Below, piece after piece: positions 1-7,592 of a stretch of DNA of 64,000 nucleotides (positions within the stretch are counted from its first letter, which is position 1; each line of letters starts with the position of its first letter). Both the position numbers and the translations under genes were made by a program. The stretch spans positions 69,195 to 133,194 of the forward strand of contig CAWBGV010000020.1 in the NCBI GenBank assembly GCA_963788395.1. The letters run 5' to 3'. The DNA comes from Candidatus Doudnabacteria bacterium (GTDB lineage: Bacteria > Patescibacteriota > Doudnabacteria > UBA920). A model generated the notes under the pieces. It saw only the letters and a list, made by a program, of their open reading frames with translations, ran no database searches and was not told the origin of the DNA.

Positions 1-8
1 ATCTATAT

Positions 9-301
9 CGCGGGATAGAGCAATTGGCAGCTCGCAAGGCTCGAGTATTGGGCTGCGTCGGAAGAAATTCTGACGTGATATCTTGTCAAATTCGGGGAAG
101 CCTGTAAAATGGTAATCCCGAGCCAAGCTCTGCTTAAAGTAAGCAGGGAAGGTGTAGAGACTTAATGGCAAGCACCTAAGGCCTAAAAGCTATGGTGAAG
201 AGAAAGTCCAGACCACAAATCTGTCATTTGACAGAGCAATGAAAGTTGTAGTGGTATGCATAACCTTGAGGTTCCCGGTTCGAGTCCGGGTCCCGCAACC
301 A
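9..301 (+). tRNA. tRNA-Met(CAU), initiator-type, split by a group I intron (exons 9-41 and 259-301)
   Basis: The exons join into a 76-nt cloverleaf with anticodon loop CUCAUAA. The C1xA72 mismatch (CGCGGGA/TCCCGCA) and A11:U24 are initiator hallmarks. T-arm is GGTTCGAGTCC and CCA is encoded. Confidence 0.85.
42..258 (+). ncRNA. Group I (IC3-like) intron in the anticodon loop, no ORF
   Basis: Inserted after U33. P1 can form with a U41-G51 wobble at the 5' splice site, and the intron ends in G258. P2 is 56-75, an 8-bp stem with a GAAA loop. Core strings GTCAAATTCGGGGAAGCC, AATCCCGAGCCAAGC, GGAAGGTGTAGAGACTTAATGGCAAGCACCTAAGGC and GCTATGG match the Azoarcus/Anabaena tRNA introns as I remember them. 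Confidence 0.8.
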
Positions 302-425
302 CGGGTCAATCAATCCTCACTGCGCTTCGTCCGCCTCGGGCGGACTCCGCTTCGTTCGGATTGTTGCCCCTTTCCCAAAATTTTCCATTTGGATATTACG
401 AGAAAATTTTGGGGCCCAAGAGAGA
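302..425 (+). repeat. tRNA-trailer repeat, copy 1 (related to 60020-60135)
   Basis: Directly after the CCA: CCACGGGTCAA, then CCTCACT, then hairpin GTCCGCC-TCG-GGCGGAC, then the A/T-tract hairpin CCCAAAATTTTC (374-385) / GAAAATTTTGGG (402-413). The same ordered blocks follow tRNA-Tyr. Confidence 0.5.
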
Positions 426-502
426 CAACTAAAGACAATGGTTGGTCCATGGTTGCGACAGCGAGATATTTATAGAATTCAAAAATCGTGACAGATTTTT
501 TT

Positions 503-522
503 CCTGCTGTCAGCAGGTTTTT
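503..522 (+). terminator. Intrinsic terminator after the tRNA-fMet unit
   Basis: Hairpin CCTGCT-GTC-AGCAGG followed by TTTTT. Confidence 0.55.
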
Positions 523-701
523 AAATAGAGTTTGTTTAAAGGGGACCCCGAATTACTTTTTACCATATAGCTTTTCGATCCGCCTCAGGCGGAGAAGAAA
601 AAACATAGAAAAAAGGAATTTGGGGAAGAGGAGCACTGCACGGAGACTGGAGAGAATGAATTTTTCAATTTATGCTCGGAAGTCGGAGTGCAGGGCGACG
701 T

Positions 702-778
702 GCCGGTGTAGCTCAGCTGGTTAGAGCGTGGGACTCATAAGCCCAAGGTCACTGGTTCGATCCCAGTCACCGGCACCA
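702..778 (+). tRNA. tRNA-Met(CAU), elongator or tRNA-Ile2 (lysidine); cannot be distinguished from sequence
   Basis: 77-nt cloverleaf GCCGGTG...CACCGGC-A-CCA with anticodon loop CUCAUAA. G1-C72 is paired, so it is not an initiator. CCA is encoded. Confidence 0.85.
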
Positions 779-813
779 TTTTCCATAGTACAAACAAAAC
801 ACAAGGCAAATAC

Positions 814-890
814 GGGACCGTAGCTCAATTGGTTAGAGCACTCGCCTGTCACGCGAGAGGTTACGGGTTCGAGCCCCGCCGGTCCCGCCA
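814..890 (+). tRNA. tRNA-Asp(GUC)
   Basis: Acceptor stem GGGACCG/CGGTCCC, anticodon arm CTCGC-CTGTCAC-GCGAG, T-arm GGTTCGAGCCC, CCA encoded. Confidence 0.9.
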
Positions 891-895
891 TTGAA

Positions 896-920
896 AAACA
901 GCACCATGGTGCTGTTTTTT
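896..920. terminator. Bidirectional terminator between the tRNA cluster and hsp20
   Basis: Hairpin ACAGCACCATGGTGCTGT flanked by an A-run upstream and a T-run downstream. Confidence 0.7.
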
Positions 921-926
921 AATGGC

Positions 927-1334
927 TTACTCTGCTTTTACCGTAATCTTTTTTGGTAGTTCTTGCGGCAGTTTCTTGAAGGTGATTTTCATGATGCCGT
1001 TTTTGTAGGTGGCGTCGGGTTCGGCTTTGGTGTCAACCTCGCCGGGAACGGCTACGCGGTAAGAGAAGGAGTTGGAAGCTTTGCGATAATATTTTTTATT
1101 ATCTTTTTCTTCCGCTTCCTGACTGCCGCGAATCCAAAGCACGCCTTTTTCAAAAGTCACTTCCACTTTCTTAGGGTCAATACCCGGCACTGCCGCTTCT
1201 ATGTAAACATTATTCTCATCTTCCGAAATGGTCAGTCCAGAAGAGGGGAGAAACGATGACCAGTCTTCGTCGTCCAGCCAATTTTGCCAGCGGCTGGGAC
1301 CAAAGAATGATCGGGGAATTAAATCTAGGGCCAT
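927..1334 (-). CDS. Small heat-shock protein, Hsp20/alpha-crystallin family
   Basis: Alpha-crystallin domain (…NVYIEAAVPGIDPKKVEVTFEKGVLWIRG…YSFSYRVAVPG…). GGAGG lies 6 nt upstream of the ATG at 1334; the track ORF begins further upstream at 1388. Confidence 0.85.
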   Translation of the reverse strand: MALDLIPRSFFGPSRWQNWLDDEDWSSFLPSSGLTISEDENNVYIEAAVPGIDPKKVEVTFEKGVLWIRGSQEAEEKDNKKYYRKASNSFSYRVAVPGEVDTKAEPDATYKNGIMKITFKKLPQELPKKITVKAE

Positions 1335-1413
1335 AAATGCCTCCCTGTAATTTATAACTGCTGGTATCAACCAGGAGTTATAAATCATTAATTATAAAAA
1401 TCAATTCTATCCA

Positions 1414-1440
1414 TTAGCACTCTATACCCTAGACTGCTAA
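1414..1440. promoter_or_regulatory. CIRCE-like inverted repeat (HrcA operator) upstream of hsp20
   Basis: TTAGCACTC-N9-GACTGCTAA, against the consensus TTAGCACTC-N9-GAGTGCTAA (one mismatch). It lies 80 nt upstream of the hsp20 start. Confidence 0.7.
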
Positions 1441-1495
1441 TTTGTCAAGTGGCTAAAATCCACAAATACGCTATAATAGCCCCTAAGGAGGACCC

Positions 1496-1774
1496 ATGCA
1501 GTTAGATCACGAAACCGTTGTAAAAGGAGGGTTGGTCGAGAAGTATTTTTTGATGGAGCTGACACCGTCGCAGGCACATGAATTTGAAGGACACTATTTT
1601 ACCTGCAATTTATGCGGGCCAGATCTCTGTTCTACCGCAGCTTTCCTGAAAGCCTTTAAAGAATACTACTCTGTGAACAAAATCAGGATTGCCAAAACCC
1701 ACTATGCTATTGCTGGATTTTTTACGGGTTTAGTATTGGCCAGCATTGCAAGCCTACACTTTTTCAAAAAATAA
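1496..1774 (+). CDS. Putative zf-HC2 anti-sigma-factor-like membrane protein
   Basis: H-x3-C-x2-C motif (HYFTCNLC) plus a C-terminal TM helix (AIAGFFTGLVLASIASL). AAGGAGG RBS. Confidence 0.45.
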   Translation: MQLDHETVVKGGLVEKYFLMELTPSQAHEFEGHYFTCNLCGPDLCSTAAFLKAFKEYYSVNKIRIAKTHYAIAGFFTGLVLASIASLHFFKK

Positions 1775-1784
1775 AGCTCTATCC

Positions 1785-1809
1785 GCGCGGCTCCTTCCGC
1801 GCTTTTTTA
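1785..1809 (+). terminator. Intrinsic terminator
   Basis: Hairpin GCGCGG-ctccttc-CCGCGC followed by TTTTTT. Confidence 0.7.
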
Positions 1810-1823
1810 TTTACTGACGTTTG

Positions 1824-1832
1824 TGGTATAAT
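1824..1832 (+). promoter_or_regulatory. Extended -10 promoter (TGGTATAAT); rmuC probably leaderless
   Basis: TGGTATAAT ends 6 nt before the ATG at 1839, and there is no SD. The same TGTGGTATAAT string recurs at 7578-7588. Confidence 0.5.
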
Positions 1833-1838
1833 TTGCTT

Positions 1839-2867
1839 ATGATTACTTCATTTTTAGTCATTATTATTGCGGTATTAGTATTAGGTGTGGGGGTACTGAT
1901 TTACTTAATTTTAAGCCTGAAAAAGACCCAAGAGCAGCCGGCAGATGATAGCAATATGAAGATCATGCTGGAATGGATGAAAGAGATGAAGCAAAGCACC
2001 GAATCGACCCGCGAAGGCATGCAAAAATCTATAGACGCCACCAACAAAGCGATCAATGAACGTCTCGATAATGCCGCCAAGGTTATAGGCGCTCTCTCCA
2101 AAGAACTCGGCGGGGTCTCACAAATTGGGCCCGATATCCGCCGTTTAAGCGAAACTCTGGCCTCGCCAAAAATGCGGGGCAATTTTGGCGAAGAAATGCT
2201 GGAAAACATGCTTTCGCAAATTTTGCCCAAGAATTCCTATAAAATCCAGTATCGCTTTAAAAATGGCGAGACCGTCGATGCCTGCATTTTTGTAGGCGAG
2301 ACGATTCTTTCGATTGATAGCAAATTTTCTTTAGAAAACTTCCGTCTCTATAAAGAAGCCCAGACCGACGAAACCGCCGAAACGCTCAAAAAAGCCTTTT
2401 TGAAAGATGTGAAAAAGCGGGTAGACGAAATCTGCAAAAAGTACATTTTGCCCCAAGAGGGAACGTTTGATTTTGCCTTGATGTATGTGCCGAGCGAAGG
2501 TATTTACCAGGAGGTTATTGAAGCCGAAGACATAATAGAATACTGCCGCGGCAAAGCGGTTATTCCCGTCAGCCCTAACACCATGTATATTTACCTGCGC
2601 AATATCATGCTGTCGTTGCGCGGCCAAGAGATTAATAAAAAGGCCCAGGAAATTTTAAAAATGATCAGCGGAATTAAAACCGAAAGCGATAAGTTTGGAA
2701 AGAATCTGGAAGTTCTGGGGACGCATATTAAGAACGCAGGTAATACTATGGGGACGGTTACTAATGACTTCGTCAGATTGCGGTCAAACATTGAAAATGC
2801 GGCAAATTTGGAACTGGAAGCAGAAGCTGTGGTAGAAAAAATAAAGGAGCCTCAAAAATTAATTTAG
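1839..2867 (+). CDS. rmuC: DNA recombination protein RmuC
   Basis: N-terminal TM helix, a coiled-coil region, and the RmuC core (…RGNFGEEMLENML…DACIFVGETILSIDSKFSLENF…FALMYVPSEGIYQEV). The track ORF starts at TTG 1821 inside the promoter, so ATG 1839 is preferred. Confidence 0.8.
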   Translation: MITSFLVIIIAVLVLGVGVLIYLILSLKKTQEQPADDSNMKIMLEWMKEMKQSTESTREGMQKSIDATNKAINERLDNAAKVIGALSKELGGVSQIGPDIRRLSETLASPKMRGNFGEEMLENMLSQILPKNSYKIQYRFKNGETVDACIFVGETILSIDSKFSLENFRLYKEAQTDETAETLKKAFLKDVKKRVDEICKKYILPQEGTFDFALMYVPSEGIYQEVIEAEDIIEYCRGKAVIPVSPNTMYIYLRNIMLSLRGQEINKKAQEILKMISGIKTESDKFGKNLEVLGTHIKNAGNTMGTVTNDFVRLRSNIENAANLELEAEAVVEKIKEPQKLI

Positions 2868-2894
2868 TAAGAGTATTAAAAGATTTACAATAAT

Positions 2895-3413
2895 ATGAGC
2901 ATTCGTAATCCCGAACAGCGTGTTGGTGTTTTTGTAGACGTGCAGAATTTATATTATAGCGCGCGGAATATTTATAACGCCCGCGTAAAGTTTAACGAGG
3001 TTTTAGAGGCGGCGGTGGCCGGGCGCAAATTGGTCCGCGCCATTGCCTACGTGGTCCAGGCCGATATGCCCGAAGAGCATACTTTTTTTGAGGCCTTGGA
3101 AAAAGCGGGATTTGAAGTCAAAATTAAGCAGTTGCAAACTTTTGCCGGCGGCCATCAAAAAGGGGATTGGGACGTGGGGATTGCTATGGATATAGTTAAG
3201 TTGATGAATAAGCTGGACGTAGTGGTTTTGGCCAGCGGCGACGGTGATTACTTGCCATTATTGGAGTACCTGCAAATGTCCGGCCAATTCACCGAGACTC
3301 TGGCCTTTGGCAAATCCTGCAGCGGCAAAATTAAGGAAGTCACCGATTATTTTATCGACTTGGACGAAAACCCGAGAAAATTCTTAATGCCCATCAAAAA
3401 TGGGAAAAGATAA
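2895..3413 (+). CDS. NYN-domain (LabA/DUF88-like) putative RNase
   Basis: VGVFVDVQNLYYSA…GDWDVGIAMDIV…VVLASGDGDYLPLLEYLQ is the typical NYN/LabA signature. Confidence 0.75.
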   Translation: MSIRNPEQRVGVFVDVQNLYYSARNIYNARVKFNEVLEAAVAGRKLVRAIAYVVQADMPEEHTFFEALEKAGFEVKIKQLQTFAGGHQKGDWDVGIAMDIVKLMNKLDVVVLASGDGDYLPLLEYLQMSGQFTETLAFGKSCSGKIKEVTDYFIDLDENPRKFLMPIKNGKR

Positions 3414-3978
3414 GGAAAATTTTAATCCAGCCGATATTAATGAATCTGAGAGCAAAAAAAAGGACACCCCGCCTTCTTTGGATTTAAGTGACGTGGAAAA
3501 AAGACTTTTGTTTAGGTTTATTGGAAAATTACGCTGGAAAAAAAGCAAACACAATGCTATAGCTATAGACTCGTTAATCACTAAAGGATATTTAAAAAAA
3601 ATATTAATCGATCAAAAAAAGTCCATTTACGGTTACCAAGTCAGCCCCGAGCATGAGAGTTTAATACTTGCGGGACAAAAAACAGACCTAGAAGAACGAA
3701 GAAAAAGTGCTATTCTAGACCAAAGGCTTATGAGAATGGAAGAGGATCGATTAATTATTTTTAAAAAAATCTGTCAAAAGCAACCTTCATTGCTGGACGG
3801 AAAGCCACATAGAATGAATGAGCTTATGCGGGGGGGAATGATCGGAGGACCTAACCAGCTTCAACGAGTTCAGGAAGCCCTGAGGTTAGCTGAAAAAAGA
3901 GGGCTCGCTACCGAAGGCCCCGATGGTTTAATTACATTTAATAAGAGTATGAGAGATTTTATATTATCAGGCTCATGA
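3400..3978 (+). CDS. Hypothetical protein, possibly DNA-binding; overlaps both neighbouring genes
   Basis: 192-aa ORF. It overlaps the NYN gene by 14 nt and the PIN gene by 4 nt (ATGA). No family recognised. Confidence 0.5.
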   Translation: MGKDKENFNPADINESESKKKDTPPSLDLSDVEKRLLFRFIGKLRWKKSKHNAIAIDSLITKGYLKKILIDQKKSIYGYQVSPEHESLILAGQKTDLEERRKSAILDQRLMRMEEDRLIIFKKICQKQPSLLDGKPHRMNELMRGGMIGGPNQLQRVQEALRLAEKRGLATEGPDGLITFNKSMRDFILSGS

Positions 3979-4421
3979 AAATTGTCCTCGACACCAACGT
4001 TCTTATAAACGGCTTTAAAGACGAATATTCTTACGAAAAAAAGATTATCAATGCCGTGATTGCCGGAGAAATAGAGGCCTACGCCAACCGGCAGACGCTC
4101 CAGGAAAACAAGCTTATTGTATCGCAATTAATTAATAATGACGACTACCGGCACGAACTGAATAACTTTTTTGCCCAAATTAATTGGGTCATCAACCGCC
4201 GGCAAATCCGCATAGTCAGCGACCCCGAAGACAATAAAATCCTGGAAAGCGCCGTGGAAGCTCGGGCTGATTTTTTAATTACCAGCGATAACGCCCTGCT
4301 CGAGCTCAAAACTCATCAACGCGTAAAAATTGTCACCCCCTCCCAATTTTGGATTGAATACAAAGACGAAGGCATGGATCTTTGGAAGCAATGGACCAAT
4401 TTCATAAACACCAAACCCTAG
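3975..4421 (+). CDS. PIN-domain nuclease (toxin-like)
   Basis: MKIVLDTNVLI… and …DFLITSDNALL are PIN acidic-residue motifs. Translationally coupled to the upstream ORF. Confidence 0.7.
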   Translation: MKIVLDTNVLINGFKDEYSYEKKIINAVIAGEIEAYANRQTLQENKLIVSQLINNDDYRHELNNFFAQINWVINRRQIRIVSDPEDNKILESAVEARADFLITSDNALLELKTHQRVKIVTPSQFWIEYKDEGMDLWKQWTNFINTKP

Positions 4422-4425
4422 CATT

Positions 4426-7395
4426 ATGGAAAAGCTTCGCCAGCAGCAAAAACAAATTCAACTCTCCGATCCTTTACTGGAAGGGTTGAACAAAGCCCAG
4501 ACCGAGGCCGTTAACCATACCTACGGCCCGCTGTTAATTGTGGCCGGAGCGGGAACCGGAAAAACTACCGTGATTACCCGCCGGATTGCTCGGCTGGTCG
4601 GTCAAAAATTAGCCAAACTCGATGAAATTGCGGCCTTAACTTTTACCGAAAAAGCTGCCGGCGAGATGCAGGAACGCTTAGACTTACTCCTGCCCATGGG
4701 TTATGTAGATACCTGGATTTGTACTTTTCATGGATTTTGCGAACGAATTTTAAAAACTCACGGCCTGGATATTGGCCTGCCGGGAGACTTTTCGATTTTA
4801 AGCGATACCCAACAGTGGATTTTTATTTACAAACATCTCGGCCAGTTTCAGCTGGATTATTACCGCCCCATGGGCAACCCCGCTAAATTTATTAGCGCCT
4901 TAATTAGCCATTTTAGCCGCTTAAAAGATGAGGTAATTAGCCCCGCGGACTATTTAAAGTACGCCGAAGAGTTGAAATTGTCTTTGGATAGTGCTGAGGG
5001 AATAAAGAAAAGCGAAGAGGGGGCAACCGTGCTGGATGTTGCCGAAATCTCCCGAATCGAAGAACTCTCCAATGCCTACCATACCTATCAAAAACTCTTG
5101 CTCAATAACAATTTTCTGGACTTTGGCGATCTTATTAATTATACTTTAGAACTTTTTAAAAAACGTCCCAAGCTTTTAAACTATTATCAGGAAAAGTTTA
5201 AATTTTTAATGGTGGATGAGTTTCAGGATACCAATTTTGCCCAGTATGAATTGGTGAAGCTGTTGTCGGGAAATCAAAACAATCTAACAGTAGTTGGCGA
5301 TGACGACCAATCTATTTATAAATTTCGCGGCGCCAGCGTTTCCAATATCTTAAAATTTAAAGAAGATTACCCCAACTTTAAACAAATCACTTTAGTCGAA
5401 AATTATCGGAGCTCCCAAAATATTTTAGACTTAGCCTATCGGTTTATCCAGGCTAACAATCCCGACCGCCTGGAAATCAAATTGGCTATTAACAAGCGTC
5501 TTAAAGCCCAGGCCGGCTCGCCCGCAGGGGTGATCGAGGTTGTTGAAGCCGAAGATCTCAACGGCGAGCTCAACGCCGTCACCAAAAAAATTTGCCAACT
5601 GCGCGAAGCCGAAGACTGTTCCTGGAATGATTTTGCGATTTTACTTCGGGCCAACTCTGCCGCCGAAGCGCTTTTGCCGTGCCTGCAGGCCGCGGAAATT
5701 CCTTACACCTTCGTTGCGAACCGGGGACTATACAAAAAACCAATTATCATAGACCTCATTTCTTACCTGCGACTACTGGACAATTGGCACGATTCCAACA
5801 GCCTGTATAAAGTCCTGACTCTGCAAAAATTCAGTTTTGACCATAATGATTTGGCTGCTTTACTGCGTTATGGCCACAAAAAAACTTTATCGCTTTACGA
5901 AACTCTATCCGAAGCCCCGCATGTGCCCGGAATTTCGGCAGCCAGTCTGCAAAAAATTTCTCTTTTAACCGCCACGCTCCAGCGCCACACCCAAGCCAAT
6001 AAACAGCACCACGCGGTGGAAATTTTAGTTCAAATTATTAAAGATTTGGGGATTGAAGAAAAAGTTAAAGAACAAACCGCCCAGGCGGCGGAAAACCGCG
6101 AATTAATTGAACAGTTCTATAAAAAAATTGAGGCTTTTGAGCAGCAAAATGAAGATAAAAGCCTGCATAATTTTTTAGCGAATCTGGATTTAGAGTTCCA
6201 AGCGGGCAATGATGGCGAAATTAAATTCAATCCGGATTTAGGGCCGGAAAGCCTGAAAGTCTTAACTATCCACGGCTCCAAAGGTTTGGAATTTAAGTAC
6301 GTTTTTCTGATCAACATGGTTGATCAGCGTTTTCCCACACGGGAAAAATCCGACCCGATTGAAATCCCCGAGCCCTTGGTTAAAGATATATTGCCGGAAG
6401 GGGATTACCACCTTCAGGAAGAGCGCCGCTTATTTTATGTAGCTGTAACCCGGGCCAAGAGCCATTTGTATTTTAGCTGGGCCAAAGATTACGGCGGAGC
6501 TCGAGCCAAGAAACCTTCGGCGTTTTTGGTCGAAGCCGAGCTTGTGCCGAGCGAAAAAATCAATAAAGCCACGGGCCGGGTTGTCTTTGACCGCCAAACA
6601 AAGCCCGGCGGGAAAATTATTTACGACCCGCCGACCCAATTTTCCTATTCCCAGTTAAATGACTTTGAAAATTGTCCGCTAAAATACAAATACCAGCACT
6701 ATCTTAAGTTGCCGGTGGAAGGTTCGTGCCATTTAAGTTTTGGCCAAACTATACACAAGGTGTTTGAGGAATATTTAAAACTATATAAGACCAACCTGGA
6801 CCTGCCGCAGCAGGATCTGTTCGGGGGTAAGCCCGAAGTTACTCTGCCGGCATTTAAATTTCTCGAGCAGCTCTACCAAAAGTGCTGGGTCGATGACTGG
6901 TATGAAGACAAAGAACAAAAACAACAGTACCGCGTGTTGGGCAAAAAACTTCTGACGACTTTTTACGATTCGGTAAGCCAACAGCCGTTTCATCCTAAAT
7001 ACATAGAGCAATTTTTTAAGTTGCGGCTAAAAAGTTATACGTTTGTGGGCAAAATTGACCGGGCCGACGCGCGGGCAAGCGGGATTGCGATTTTTGATTA
7101 CAAAACCGGCAAACAGCCCAAAAAAAATGACAAGAAAGATTTAGATCAACTCCACATTTACCAGTGGGCCGCCCAGGAATTTTTAAAGGAAACCGTGGTT
7201 GGGTTAACGTATTGGTTCTTGCAAGATAATGCTTTTGTGGAAGAGCCGGTAGCTGCTGCCGATAAAATCAGCGCGCTAAAGGAAAATTTGTTGACTAGAA
7301 TAGAAAGAATTGTCTATGTAACCCAGTATGACCTGTTTAAGGAAGAGCACAAAAAAAGCCGAGACCACAATTGCGAATTCGAACATCTTGAGTAG
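4426..7395 (+). CDS. UvrD/PcrA-type SF1 helicase fused to a C-terminal PD-(D/E)XK (RecB/AddB-like) nuclease
   Basis: Walker A GAGTGKT, then DEFQDTN, VGDDDQSIYKFRGA, VENYRS and TIHGSKGLEF. The C-terminal part has CPLKYKYQHYL…GKIDRAD…IFDYKTGK. Confidence 0.85.
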   Translation: MEKLRQQQKQIQLSDPLLEGLNKAQTEAVNHTYGPLLIVAGAGTGKTTVITRRIARLVGQKLAKLDEIAALTFTEKAAGEMQERLDLLLPMGYVDTWICTFHGFCERILKTHGLDIGLPGDFSILSDTQQWIFIYKHLGQFQLDYYRPMGNPAKFISALISHFSRLKDEVISPADYLKYAEELKLSLDSAEGIKKSEEGATVLDVAEISRIEELSNAYHTYQKLLLNNNFLDFGDLINYTLELFKKRPKLLNYYQEKFKFLMVDEFQDTNFAQYELVKLLSGNQNNLTVVGDDDQSIYKFRGASVSNILKFKEDYPNFKQITLVENYRSSQNILDLAYRFIQANNPDRLEIKLAINKRLKAQAGSPAGVIEVVEAEDLNGELNAVTKKICQLREAEDCSWNDFAILLRANSAAEALLPCLQAAEIPYTFVANRGLYKKPIIIDLISYLRLLDNWHDSNSLYKVLTLQKFSFDHNDLAALLRYGHKKTLSLYETLSEAPHVPGISAASLQKISLLTATLQRHTQANKQHHAVEILVQIIKDLGIEEKVKEQTAQAAENRELIEQFYKKIEAFEQQNEDKSLHNFLANLDLEFQAGNDGEIKFNPDLGPESLKVLTIHGSKGLEFKYVFLINMVDQRFPTREKSDPIEIPEPLVKDILPEGDYHLQEERRLFYVAVTRAKSHLYFSWAKDYGGARAKKPSAFLVEAELVPSEKINKATGRVVFDRQTKPGGKIIYDPPTQFSYSQLNDFENCPLKYKYQHYLKLPVEGSCHLSFGQTIHKVFEEYLKLYKTNLDLPQQDLFGGKPEVTLPAFKFLEQLYQKCWVDDWYEDKEQKQQYRVLGKKLLTTFYDSVSQQPFHPKYIEQFFKLRLKSYTFVGKIDRADARASGIAIFDYKTGKQPKKNDKKDLDQLHIYQWAAQEFLKETVVGLTYWFLQDNAFVEEPVAAADKISALKENLLTRIERIVYVTQYDLFKEEHKKSRDHNCEFEHLE

Positions 7396-7542
7396 GTTCC
7401 CAGCTCCTATTTGGGGGTCGCGAAGACAGGCCGATTTTTGAAGCCAGGACTGTCTGAGCCAACTTTTATCAAATTAATTTATAGCGGCGAGTTCCGCAGC
7501 AAAAAAAGCGGTCTGGCTTCGCGACCACCTGGAGCTGGGAAC
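7396..7542. repeat. 147-nt long imperfect inverted repeat / hairpin element
   Basis: GTTCCCAGCTCC…GGTCGCGAAG…CAGGCCG at the 5' end pairs with CGGTCTGGCTTCGCGACC…GGAGCTGGGAAC at the 3' end. It starts 1 nt after the helicase stop codon. Confidence 0.7.
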
Positions 7543-7579
7543 AGTTAAAAGCCATTTATTTTATATTTAAGCCAAACTG

Positions 7580-7588
7580 TGGTATAAT
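7580..7588 (+). promoter_or_regulatory. Extended -10 promoter (TGGTATAAT)
   Basis: TGTGGTATAAT is identical to the rmuC promoter string. The ATG at 7593 lies 4 nt downstream. Confidence 0.45.
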
Positions 7589-7592
7589 AACT

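Noticed and set aside
239-724. Track ORFs 239-475 and 488-724 (78 aa each)
   Set aside because: They run through the group I intron, the tRNA 3' exon, the trailer repeat and tRNA-Met. There is no RBS and the products are low-complexity Arg/Pro-rich. These are non-coding RNA regions.
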